Source of the DNA: Klebsormidium nitens
Lineage: Eukaryota > Plantae > Klebsormidiophyceae
Assembly: GCA_000708835.1 (NCBI GenBank)
Contig: DF237046.1
Location: 143,611-207,610 of the forward strand
Reading direction: 5' to 3'
DNA length: 64,000 nucleotides
Part shown: positions 25,940 to 38,136 of the stretch, one piece after another
Numbering within the stretch: the first letter of the stretch is position 1
Layout: every line of letters begins with the position of its first letter
Notes under the pieces: model-generated
The model's input: only the letters and a program-made list of their open reading frames with translations
Databases searched by the model: none
Told to the model about the DNA's origin: nothing
Position numbers and translations under genes: made by a program

Positions 25940-28515
25940 ATGGAAGATGACGCGATCAGCAACTTCTGCGCAATCACAGGTGCCACGCCGGATCAGGCAA
26001 GGTTCTTTTTAGAGAGCTCAGGCAATGACATGGAACAGGCCATGTCCGCTTTCTATGATCAGGAAGGCGACGACGATCTGCCTGCTGAAGAGGCAGTGCC
26101 GTCGGAAGGAGCAGCGCCACCGGCGCAGGGGCAGCAGGAGCAGGCGGGAGGGGTCAGGCAGGGCCAAGGGGCGTGGCCAGGTGAACAAGAGGGTGCTGTT
26201 GGCTCCGACTTTTTGGTCTCCGGTTTCCAAGCGCACTACTTTGATCAAGAAACCGTTCCAAGTTTGATTTATTGATTTCTGCTTGCAAAGCAATTGTGGA
26301 CGTATGTACCTGGCGTCAAGTTGAACAAACGCAAATCCCTGGAACTTTGTTGGGCGTATTGGCGTACTGGCTGTTGCTGAACAGTCTTAGCCACCACAAT
26401 CCTGTATCTTGAGAAGTGACCCAGTGGAGAGCGCGTGCAGGTGCTTCTGGTGGCGGCGGCGCTGGCCCGAGCATCCGGGGCGGCGAAGTCCGGGGTGGGG
26501 CCAAGAAGAGGCCTGCCGGCGCAGGCGCCAGTGGGGGGGGCATCAGGACTCTGGGTGATCTCGGCAGAGCAGCAGAACAAGACGACAGTGATGAGGAGGG
26601 CGGTCCACAGGAGTACTACACAGGGGGAGAGAAGAGGTGTGGACAATTCTCCTATTCCCCACTTTAAAACAGATTGTCTCCTTGAGAATAGACACTCCGC
26701 TGCAAGGGTTTCCTCGTTGCTTCTGCGGCTTTCATCGCTGAGAAGCTGTGTGTCGCGCGCTGTGTGATCGCTTCCAATTTCTGCTCTCAATCTATGTCCG
26801 TGTATGCAGTGGCATGATGGTCCAGGACCCCAGCAAAAAGCCCGGCACGTCGGTTGACTCCATCTTTGATCGCGCCCGCCAGCACGGCGCCGTCGATGGC
26901 ACTCCCGCAGATATGCTTCCCTCCGCGCCTGCCGCCAGGGGGGCTTTCACAGGATCAGCCAGGTGGGTATTCTCAGGAGTGACTCGTTGTTCGCCCTGCC
27001 CCGCTGCAGGCTCCAATAGTGCGAGCCCTCGCTGAGTCTGCTCAAGATTCATCCCAATGATGCGCCTCTGGTAGGACAGATTCCAGCCGATTTGGGCACT
27101 CAGCTCCAAATTGTGCTTGCAAGTCCAATCAGCTCTCGCTGAAGGACACTCGTGCCCCTAGTCCTGACGGGCGCTCCTCTTTCTGCGCTGCTGGCAGGAC
27201 GCTGGGCGCGGACGGCAGCCCCGCTGTGCCGGAGGTTCCGCCGGCGGTGGCCGCGGCGCCGGCGCCGGAGCGGGCGGTGCACACCATCACGTTCTGGCGC
27301 AACGGCTTCACTGTGGACGATGGGCCCCTGCGCAAGCTGGAGGACCCCGCCAACGCACCCTTCCTCAACGTGAGCAGGCCGGGTGCAGCGGGGCAGGGCG
27401 ATGTGATTGGGCACGTCTTTTTTGTCTGCATATCGTGGCTCGGCAAAGCCAGACAATGGTTTGTGTAGCTCATTCTGGACGCGTGCATCCCTTGCAGAGC
27501 ATCAACAAGGGCGAGTGTCCGCGCGAGCTGGCCCCCGCAGATGCGCGCGTGATGGTGCACGTCAACCTGGTGCGCAAGGATGCCGACTACGAGGTGAGCG
27601 CACAGCCCAGCCGTACGTTGCCTCAAGCTTGTGCAATATCTTGCGGTTTCAGTCGTCCAAGGTAGCTTCGTTATGACTTCTGACAACCAGCACACGGAGG
27701 CTGTGGTTGGCGGCACAGGCATGATTCTTTTTCAACTTTGTGATGGATGAAGACACGAGTTGGAGAAGGGCAGGCAAGGCAGTCGTGGCTGTCGCAAACA
27801 GTTGACGACCCGCACTTTGTGCCCCCGGATGCAGCCTCCTAAGGAGCCCAAGTACCGCGCATTTGTGGGGTCTGGCCGCACCCTGGGCTCCACCGACAGC
27901 GAGCCCGCCCCGGAGCCGGCCGCCTCAGCCCCCGCGACAGCATCCAGCAACAAGTCGTTCGAGGTGCGTCTCTTTCGGAGGTTGCTAGCAGTGAAGGGAG
28001 CCCACTCGTTGCGCTGTTCCGGCTTGATGCATCTTTTTTTTTTTTCTTTTTCCGGCGATGGTGCATCTTCTCGCGGTCTTTCTTCGCTGCGACCGAAGAA
28101 GGCCATTTGGCACACAGAACGTTGGCCTTGAGATATGAGCAGACGGCTGCTGTTTCGCAGTCATCAAGTTGGAGTGATCGAGTCGGAGCCCTTAAAGAAC
28201 CTCGTCAAGATGAGAGGTGTTCAGTCGTGTCACGCGATTCGAGCATGAATGGCCGTGTCTCCCCATATGCAGGTGGACGAATCGCAGCCGTTCACCAGCC
28301 TGCAGCTGCGCCTTCTGGACGGAACGCGGCTGGTGGCGCGCTTCAACCACAGCCACACGGTCGGCGACATCCGCCGCTTCTTGGAGCGGGCGCGGCCCGG
28401 GGCCACGTCCTCCTACCGCCTGGTGACTTCCTTTCCCCCGAAGACGCTCACGGACCTCGACCAGACGATCGAGCAGGCGGGGCTCCTAAATGCAGTGGTT
28501 ATGCAAAAGGCTTGA
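25940..28515 (+). CDS. SHP1: p47/Shp1-type CDC48 adaptor (UBA-like, SEP, SHP box, UBX; plant PUX3/4/5-like), 7 exons
   Basis: [18 protein letters not shown] (UBA-like), EYYTGGEK|[18 protein letters not shown] (SEP), FVGSGRTLG (SHP box), [30 protein letters not shown] (UBX). Confidence 0.95.
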
Positions 28516-29660
28516 TCCGGAGAGAGCAGGGCCGCTTGGTGAAGCGGGAGTACAGGAGTGCACTGACAATATCTTAGGTCGATTGGCGCTGTGCCACAAG
28601 AATTCCAACTTACCTAGCTGCCTGTATTGTTTTTTATTGGAGTATTTGTCTGCCGCCAACATCAACCACAATCTATTCATCTACTACTTGTCCAATGTTC
28701 CTTGGATTGGAATCTAGAGGTTGTCGCTCCAGAACCGAGAATGCCCTGAATCCTTGACCCTCTGTGTCATGTGCATACTTCAACGAGAAGTGGCCGTGCA
28801 TTACAACAATCTGACAATATCAAAGGCTCGCTTCAACTCAATCGAGTCGCTCGTAGAAAGCCACACACGTACGTACTTATATGGACAATTTCGATAATAT
28901 GAAGTCGACCGCATACTGTGTCTCAACTGCGTTCAAAGTGGACGTACCATTGAGCCAGATCCCCCGTCTCATACCATCGGGTTGACGCGGAATCTTATGG
29001 CTGCAGTAAATTCACCAAGATTTCATGTGCCATGCCGCCGGGCAACCAATGACCGGATATATACGTAGCTGCGCGCGATCATGCACATATATGCAAAGTT
29101 GTACTCATTAAAGATATAACGCGATCGATCATTCACAAAAGTATGCCATGAGAAGCCTATCATAGTATGGCCAATTACTGGCTACAGCGTATTTTGAAAA
29201 GAGACCATCATCCGCATGGCATGCCAGACAGTACGATCGGACCGGTGACACAAAAGAAGAATCCCAGTATGCTGAATGATAATGGCAGGCTTCGTGCAAT
29301 AGCCTGACACTTCCGACGCCCAGGTTCATCAAGATTGAAAGAGCTCCTATATTTCAACCACAGGCAACCAAATTACGCTGTTCTAAGTAGTGCGCTTTCG
29401 CCTGCTGGTCCGCTTTGTATACAGGTTCTCACCGGACGTGATCTCAAACACCAGTCTCGATACGTTCCTCTCAGGTTATGTAATTTGGAGAAGCAACTTG
29501 GAGCATCTTGGAAGCATACGGTCCTATCCCTCTGTCTCCGTTTTCTAACTTCAGTGCAAGAAACGCCTTTCAGCCTGTACTCTTTCGGGCAGCATGCCAA
29601 CCGCACCATGACGCAAGCACCAGCAAAGCATGACCAGCTAAGAGGCGCTGCCCAGGCGCG

Positions 29661-32600
29661 TTACGCCGCGTCGGGCCGCCTGGCGCGGCGGTACATGTTG
29701 TCGCGGAACTCGAGGACGTCGTCGCGGATGAGGTTGTTGAGGAAGGCCTGCAGCTGCGCGGCGCTCTTGTCGAAGGGCGGGTCCACCACGAACATCTTGA
29801 GCATGTTGTGGATGCGCTCCAGCGGCAGCGCGTCCAGGTTTGTCAGCATGCCCACCACGTAGTCCTGCACCACCAGCACCATCGTCAGCGGCCGCCCTCG
29901 GCAGCCAGCAACAGTATAGCAGTCCGATAAACAAAGCACGCTCAAGATTCGTTTCTTTCAAGGATCGCCTCTTGCGCAATGACCAAACCCGCCTGTTAGC
30001 ATGCTGCTGGTCACCAAGTGCGGGGAGACTGTCGTGCGGCGGCACGCACCTTGTATACTTGCATCTCGGACGCCATCTGCTCCTCAGCTGACGTCACTGC
30101 GCTCTCCCCCTCCTCCTCTGCCACCACCGTCACCTCACCCTCCTCGCTAGGCCCCCTACCCGGGCCCCCGGCCGCGCCCTCCCCTCCTTCCACCAGGCGG
30201 TACAGCCCCCCCCCGTCCGGCCCCGTGCTCTCCGCGAGCACGCCCTGGTTGACCCAGAACACGGCCTTCTTGCGCAGCGTGCCCAGCGGCGCCCCGACGG
30301 CCTCCGCGAGCTCGCGCGCGGGCCAGCGCGGGCGGTCCTGGAAGTGCCACACGATGGCCGCGTGGATGGGCGACACCGCGTACTGCACCGCGCGGCCCCC
30401 ACGCTCCACCTCCAGCCGCACCGTGCCCAGGCCCGTCTTCCACCCCAGCTTGCGCGGCGCCTTCACCTCCTGGTACCGCGCAGCGTATGCGTCCAGCACC
30501 GACTGCACCGGCGCCGGCAGCCGCACCTCGTCCGCCTGCCACAGGCGTGACAAGGTCAGAGCGCAGCGCTGGCTGCCCGGACAATAAGCATGCAAGAAGT
30601 CATCGGGCATAGATCAATAAGCAGCACCTTGAAATACAAACGGTCGAGGTTACAGCCCAGGCGAAGGGATAAAATACTTGGGTTGTTCCGACGACCTCTA
30701 CTCGGACCTGATTACCGTGCCGCAATCGCCAGCAAGGCCTTGGCTACAAGGAGCAGGCAACACAACGTCACACTGATCTACCCAGGTCGCTTTAAACCAC
30801 ACGAATGCTGTCCCCACTTCCGCGTACCTGGAAGGGCGGCCAGAAGTGCGCCGACACGATGGTGGCGTCCACGTTGTCCAGGGTGGGCTCCCCTTCGGCG
30901 GGCGCTGCGCCGGGCGGCCCCTGGCTGCGCAGCGCGCGCATGCGGGCGCGAATGGCCTGCAGCCGCGCCTCGTTCTCGCTGCTGCTCCCACTGCCGCGCC
31001 CCACGGCGGCATCCCCGGCCGAAGGCCCGGGCGGGCTGGCAGGGCCGGCACTGCACGGGGCATGCGTGTCGACATGAGGTGCAGGGACGAGAAGGAGACA
31101 TCCGACGATCACGCCAAGCGGGTGAGCGTCCACGCAAGCGATGGCCGGACTGGGGCGAGCTGGTGCGAGAAGCACTGACCCGTTTCTGTGCCGCAAGTTC
31201 GTTCTCACCGTGGAGGCAGCGGCGGCTGGGGCACGCCCCGTCCCGCCCCCCGACCCTGGGGGGCGGCTGCCGCCGAGCGGCGCCGGGTGCTTGGGGGGGA
31301 CTGCCGGGGTGCGGCGCTGCGTTTGGGGGAGGCGACGTAGGGCGGGGGGCCGGGGTGTGGATCAGCGTGTTGATGCGCTTGCTGTCGGCCAGGTCCTTGA
31401 GCATGACGTCACACTGGTGCAGGTTGGCATCCGCGAAGCGAAGCTGCGAGCAACGGACAGGGCGGAGTATGATGAGAGCAGTGCGGTGGAATTTAATGGC
31501 GAAGGGGAGAGTCTTGAAGGGAACAATCAACTGATTCAGCCAGCGTGAAGCGCCTTCTTCAATCGTTGCACGGGCCGAGTCTGCGGCAAACTCCTAGTAT
31601 AGCCAACGCCTTTCGGTCACTACTTGGCTTCCGAAACCCGTGCCCCTCGTGAGCTCATCAGCAGCCTGATGGACTCCAGGTTCGTTGGGCGAAGCTGAAT
31701 TTTATCTTGCCCGCTCTCAGCGGCGTGGCGCACCTTGAGCAGCTCGAGCGTGCGCACGTCGGTGGCGGTGTTGTAGTCCTGCTTGGCGAGCAGGCGGTCG
31801 GCCAGCATGACGCGGTACTCGTTGACCAGCACCTCCTTGCTGCCGTACATGCCCACTACCGCGCTGATCAGGTCCGCGCGACGCCGCCGCCGGCCCCCGC
31901 CGCCCGGAGCAGCAGCAATCTACCATCACAAAAGAATGCGCTCGGGTTAATGAGAATGGGAAGCGCGGCTTAGTCAGGGGCCGCTGCGTACCGACTTGCA
32001 GTCGTCAAAGATATGAGGCAAGTCTAATTGCTTCCGCATGCTCCTCCCGTTCTCAGACCAACCCGTATCAACAGGACCGTTCCCAACGCCCTGGTGCAAG
32101 GGCGTGCAAGCCGTTTCGGTCCGCGTGCCTCACCGGGTCCGGCTCCCAGGCGTGGGCGGCGGCCGCCTCCTCCTCGGTGTCCGCCGCCCCCGCGTCGTCA
32201 TCCTCGCGCTCATCCGCCTCCGCCATGGCCGCCGTCTTGGCGAGCTCCTCGTACAGCGACTCGCCGCCCCCCGCGGCCGCGCTGTCGTCCGTGAGCAGCG
32301 TGACGATGCCGCGGATGGTGTCCTTGCGGCGCCGCAAATACTCCTGGATGGGCGCACCCACCGCCTCCAGCACCACGCCCCCGGGGTCCAGCACGCGCAA
32401 ACTCTGCACCCAGCGCACGGCCACGCTGTCAGGCCCCTGGCAGCGCGTGGGCCCAAGGCTTGCAGCCGGACTGTGGGAAGCGGCAATGAACCTGCAGCAG
32501 CCAGACGCGCTTCCTGCTGATAATACTATCTGCAGACTTGCCAAGTGGCGGAACCGTCTCCCTACAACCCAGGGTGCCGCTCAGCGAATGCTGACGGCCG

Positions 32601-35135
32601 ACCTTGATCGTGGCGATGTAGTGTGTGAGGATGTCGGTGGTGGCGGCCCCCGGCAGCAGCAGCCTCTGCCGCAGCTGTGCGCGAAAGGCGTCCACCAGGT
32701 CGCGCTGCCGCCCCGTTGCGGCCAGGCAGGCACGCAGGTCCTCCACAGCAGGCAGGCTGCGCGCCGCACGAGCACGATCAGGAGGACGCGCAGGGAAACA
32801 AAGCACCGCATGCGCAGAAGGAAAGGAGCAGGAAACGTGGGCTAGCGGAGAACCGAAGAGCCAGGTTGCAAAGTCAGGTGAAAACAAGGACATGTATGGA
32901 CACGGAGTCATGCAACTGAGTTCGGGTTCACCGTCTGCCTGATGCCCACCTCTCTGGGTGGTCCACAATGATGTCGAACAGCTCTGTGGTGCGCAGGTCC
33001 CCCAGGATCTCGTAGGCCGCCATCTCGAGGCGCTGCTTCCATTGTCCCAGCGCCGCAGCAGTGGGCGCGGGGCCAGGAGACGAGGCCGGAGCCGGGGTGG
33101 CGGGGCAGGCGAGGGGGGAGGGGAAGGGGGAGGCCGCAGGGGAGTGGTACAGGGGAGGGGGGGGTGGGCGGGACCGGGGGCGGCAGCAGCAGCGAGAGGA
33201 AGCGCAGCGGGACGGCCTCAATCCAGCGCAGGAACACTGCCGCAACAGGCGCCTCGTAGCGGCCACGCGCAGCACGCAGCAGCTTGCTCTAGACGGAGGG
33301 GGGAGAGGGGGTGAGGCAGCGGAAGAAGTGGTAGGAGAAGGAAATAGAGACAAGGATGGAGGCACCCCCAGGTGTCACACTCAAGATCACATCTAGGCAC
33401 TCTGCTTTGGAGAATTCAGATCATCCAGTTTTTGTGGGAAGAGCCCCGGTGGCAGAGCGTACCTGCAGGTGCTCGTGCACAGCCTGCGCGACGGCCCCCT
33501 CTGCGAGCGCCCCCAGGCCCAGCTCCCGCAGCTGCCGTGCCACCGCTGCTACGCCCGCCACCCACTCCACGCCCATCAGCCGCACCATGTCGCCGATGCC
33601 CACCCCTTCCACGTGCCCTTCCGCCCCTGCCCCCCACGCGCCCGCGCCCCCTCCCGTATCCCCCAGCACCCCCGCCAGGTGCTTGTTCACCAGGCCCGCC
33701 CGGTTGGGCGCTGCCTCCCCGGGGCTGCGCTCCACGCCCTCCATGGCATCCCCCCCCTCCACGTGCGGCGCAACCCCCGGCCCCCCCACCCCGTCGTCCT
33801 CGTCCATCACACTGCTGCTGCGCCTGCTGCGCCGCCGCCGCAGCGCGCTTCCCCCCCCCGCAAGCCCCCCTGCGCTCTCGACTTCGTCGTCCGCCCCCTC
33901 CAGGCCTAGCTCATCCTCGCTGGTGCCCCCGCTGTCGAGGCTGGCCGTGCTCTCTCGGCGCCGGCTCCGCCGCGCTGCGCGTTTCACGCCCCCGCTGAAT
34001 TCGTCGAGGCGCGCAGCAAAGTAGAGGCGCAGCAGGTCTGCCACCACACAGGAAGGATTTTAGAGTGTGAGGAGAGGAGAACAGGACCCAGCCGTGGACG
34101 AAATCACAGCCCTGCTGCAAGGAACGAGCCAGCCTGTTTAGCGGAAGCGGCCACGGCCAGATAAGCACCTAGAAGCTGCCTTCTGCCGTTTGGCCGGGGT
34201 GCCCACCTGGCAGGTAGTCGGGGGCCGTGCTGAGGAGCCAGGCACTGGTGCCCGCCTGGAACTGCGCCACCACCCGCTCGCTCTCTGACAGCTCCAGCCG
34301 CGGCTTGGGCCAGCCCGCCCCACCTGCTCCCCCCGCTGCTCTTGGGGCCTCCGCCATCACCTTGAGCAGGTCCGCCAGCTGGCGCTTCTGCAGCCCCTGC
34401 GCCGAGTGCAGCTCCGCCAGAGCCGGGGCTAGGGTGGACACCGCCCAGGATTGCAAAGGAGACGGGTCATCCGCCTGCGGTAGGGCAGCCAAAAGAGGGG
34501 GTAAGCGGGGAAGAGTATGATTGCAAACAGTGGCAACAGGCAATGCCACGCAGGGCCTTGATCATCATTGCACGAGGTCGAAACGAGGGGGAGGCGGGGC
34601 TTCACCTGCTGAGCCCTTTGCTGGCGGTCCTCGTATGTGTCAAACTTGGCCCAAAAGCGAGGGAGGTGCTCCTCACGAAAGACTCTCTGCAAGGGCGCCA
34701 CCAGCAAGACGCAATCAGAGCCAGTCCCATGCAAGCACACCTCGGCACATGCACCCAGGCCATCACCACCTCCAGCCAGCATCTCTTCCACAAATCACAG
34801 CGGGGGAAAGAAAGTACTGAAGACCATCAGTAGAGCTGTGCCCGTAATGAAAGTCCTGCCATCCTAGTCATGGGTCCTGCTTCCATGTTCCATGAATCAC
34901 AGTTGTAGTGGTGCCAGGCTGGGAGGCGCATTGCTTGAGCTGTCACCTCCAGGCGATCCCCACAGTGGGCAGTGAGCAGCGGGCCCAGCCCCTGCTGGCA
35001 CAGCACCCCCACACTGGCCGCCAGCTCGCCCGAGGGCGCGTCTCTGCTTCCCCCTTGCAGGCCCTGCTCCAGACAAACCGTCCATGCTGCGCTGATGTTG
35101 CTGGCCAGGACGGAGGTCAGAGCTGGCGCCCCCAT
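29661..35135 (-). CDS. APC2: Anaphase-promoting complex subunit 2 (cullin-like); apparent frameshifts at G-runs
   Basis: WIEAVPLRFL, YEILGDLRTTELFDIIVDHP, LLLPGAATTDILTHYIATIK, YLRRRKDTIRGIVTLLTD, WEPDP, YGSKEVLVNEYRVMLADRLL, CDVMLKDLADSKRIN, RKLGWKTGLGTV, LPLERIHNMLKMF. Confidence 0.95.
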
Positions 35136-35994
35136 GCTTGATAGCAAAGACAAGGGGGCCACCGCGTGCTCCTCAATTCGTTGCGCAGAAGCAAGAGGCA
35201 ATGCGGCTTCCTCAATGCGTGTGGCTGTCACTACAGGCACTGTCCCAATCCCGCTCCGCCTGGAATCCACAAAATTGAGACTGCTCGGTGCTCAATTTCG
35301 ATGTGCATTGCGATTATGAGGAACCTTTGGGCCTGAAAGGAAAAACAGTTGCTGACACTGGTGTCACAGGGCATCAGATTCATGCCTTCGGGTGGAGCTA
35401 GCTGTGTTCAACGGTTTCTCTTCTCTTGCTGTCCCTGATCATTGATGGTTCATTTGTGAGGTGCGGGTTCCCCCCTTCGTCGACGTAGGTAAAACTTGGC
35501 TTTTAGGGTATCCATACGCGGCGTAGAACCATTTTTCATGTTGGATATAATCGTACACCCGCTTGTTAGAATTGGGCTCTTTCTGAGGGAAGCGTCAGCT
35601 CTGCGTGGCTACCTTCTAAACCCCGTAATAGACTTCCAAATCCGTTCAAAAATGTGTTGGTTTAAAGTGGGCGTAGGCCGTCACACCGACGGCATCACCG
35701 TAGCGTGACGGCGACAGAAATCAATCAACATTCACCCTCCGATAGATTCAACTCGGTGGTTTGTACCGTCCGATCGAAAAATGACTCGCGAGCCCTAGGC
35801 AGGCCTACGGTGCTTCGCTGTTTGCCTCAGTGGACGTACAAGTTTGCCATTGGCCACCATCATGATCAATGGCATCATGAATCTGATCTCCCCAGCCAGC
35901 TCGCGGGCTGTAAACTGTCAGTGTAACAGACGCAGCTGCCGGCCTCACTATCAGCCAGGGTCATCAATTTCTACTCTGGTCGCTTGGTGGCGCC

Positions 35995-37450
35995 ATGTGC
36001 GTCGCCTTCTGGCTCTGGCAGCCTGACCCACAGCCCGCTGCCGGCGATGGTCCCCCCCCGGTGCGCTACGCCCTGCTGCTGGCGCTCAACCGCGACGAGG
36101 TGCTGAGCCGGCCCTCGCAGGCGGCGCACTTCTGGGCGGACGACCCCGGCATCTTCGCGGGGCGCGACCTGGTGCAGGGCGGCACCTGGCTGGGCGTCAG
36201 CAAGAGCGGGCGCGTCGGCTGGCTCACCAACGTGCGCGAAACGTACGTGGACGCCGCAGCGCACACGCGCGGGGACCTCGTGACCGCCTTCCTTCAGGTC
36301 AGCATTGCGCCCGGGAGCCAGCCCCTGCCTCGTGGCCACAGCTAGACAGTCTTGCCACCGCCCTCTGTGTTCACTGGCCCCGGCCGCCATGGATGGAAGC
36401 GGGAAAACGTTGAAGGCCCCTGCCAGGCTGACGTGCAGCCAACTTGCTTGTGTCAGAGTAGCAACACTGGCACTGCCGCGCGTGTTTGTTCACGCAGGCG
36501 TCTGAGATTGTTGTCCACCCACACGCCCCTGTGTCTCGTCTAGGGCAGAGAGAGCCCCCTGGAGTACTGCGCTGCGCACGCCCCGCACCTTGGCGCCTAC
36601 AATGGCTTCAACCTGGTGGTGGCCGACCTGCGCATCGGCCAGATGGCCTACTGCACCAACCGCCCTCCCGGCCAGTCGGGGCGGATTGAGGCGCTCCCCT
36701 CCGGCATGTACGGCCTCAGCAATGCCGCCCTCGACACCCCCTGGCCCAAGGTGAGCTCCCGACAATGGCACGCTGTGCCCCAGGAGACAGCGACAGATGC
36801 TTGCGAATTGTGGCCGCTGGCTATCTGATGTGGCCCGGATCTTGCCAGCGTTGGCCTCCGACCCCCCCCGGCGGCCCGCTCTTGCAGGTAGTCCGGGGCA
36901 AGGCCACGTTTGCTTCCCTAGTGGCTGCGACCGCTGATGCGGCGGTGCCTGCGGAGGAGCTGGTGCACGGTCTGCTGCAGGACCGGTGGCGCCCGCCAGG
37001 GGACCAGCTGCCGCACACGGGGAGGCCGCCCGAGGTGGAGGCAGAGTTAAGCCCCATCTTCGTGGAGTGCACGCTGCCAGAACTGGTGAGAGCCGCAAGG
37101 CAGTCGCCTCTGACGTCGGTCAGCGAGAGCTGCCCATTCACCTTCGGCAGGACGGGGCGAATGCTTTGCTTGCTTCACTTGTGATTGGTTCTCAGATAAT
37201 GTGAGTGCTCTCCGTTGGGCTGTGGTTATTGTTGTTGAGGGCGGTGGTCATGGTGTTTTTGCAGGGGGCGTATGGCACGCGGAGTCAAACCGTTATTGGG
37301 ATCCAGCACAACGGACATGTAGACTTCTTTGAGCGATATCTTGACAATGACGGCACATGGAAAGAGCAACAGCAGATGTTCGAAGTAGAATGCCAACGGG
37401 GAAATGGGTCCGAGCAGGGACTCAAAGCGAAAGGATCCTGGGTCCGATGA
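35995..37450 (+). CDS. TANGO2: TANGO2 / NRDE-family protein (4 exons)
   Basis: N-terminal MC, NRDE motif, GRDLVQGGTWLGVS..GR..LTN, YNGFNL, YGLSNAALDTPWPK, YGTRSQT. Confidence 0.93.
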
Positions 37451-38136
37451 CGACAACCTTCTCTTGCTGGTGGAACTTATCACGCAACTTTATCACCAAA
37501 GAGGAATCCACTGCATAGGTTTTGGAAAGGTTGCAAGTTCTATAAAGAACTTGCTGGCCAATAACATTCTGTGGCAGGATTGATTTCCGAGTGCATAGGT
37601 TGACGTCTCAAATTAGTACCACATGCTTGATTGCACATGCAAGCGGGGCTGAGAGAAGTCCATGTTATAACCGTTGACCTCCTTCCCATACTTAAGCTGG
37701 TTCAATCACCGACATACTTACATACCTATCATGAAGCTTTCGACTGCCCACGTTTAATTGCATAACAGGAACTGTGTACGCGTATACAAATTCCACGTGC
37801 CATATTCAGGGGCTCTCAACATCAGGGCCCGGCCATTCTGCAGTCAACCACCAGCTAGCGAATGACCTACTTCAAGTTGAGTGAGATGGATGGTGCGCCT
37901 ACAAACGCTTTGCTTTGACTGCCCAGAGGACATCGAAGTGACTTTGCGGCCATGTTAGAGCACTTTAAGTCAACTCTATTTCGCTACGCTATACACTGGA
38001 GGGGTGTCTACAGGGGCCGCGGCAACTAGCTCAGCACGATCAAAAGTAGAGCGCAAGGCAGAGTCTCACTACTGCCTTACAAAACTACCTAAACAATATA
38101 CGGTACAATTTTGACGTCGTGTGGACGCACTCAATC

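Noticed and set aside
29600-34600. Many long overlapping ORFs on both strands over APC2 (also over the formin at 49400-55200 and the kinase)
   Set aside because: These are shadow ORFs caused by extreme GC content (few stop codons). They are Arg/Pro/Ala-rich with no domain motifs, and the spliced real gene explains the region.
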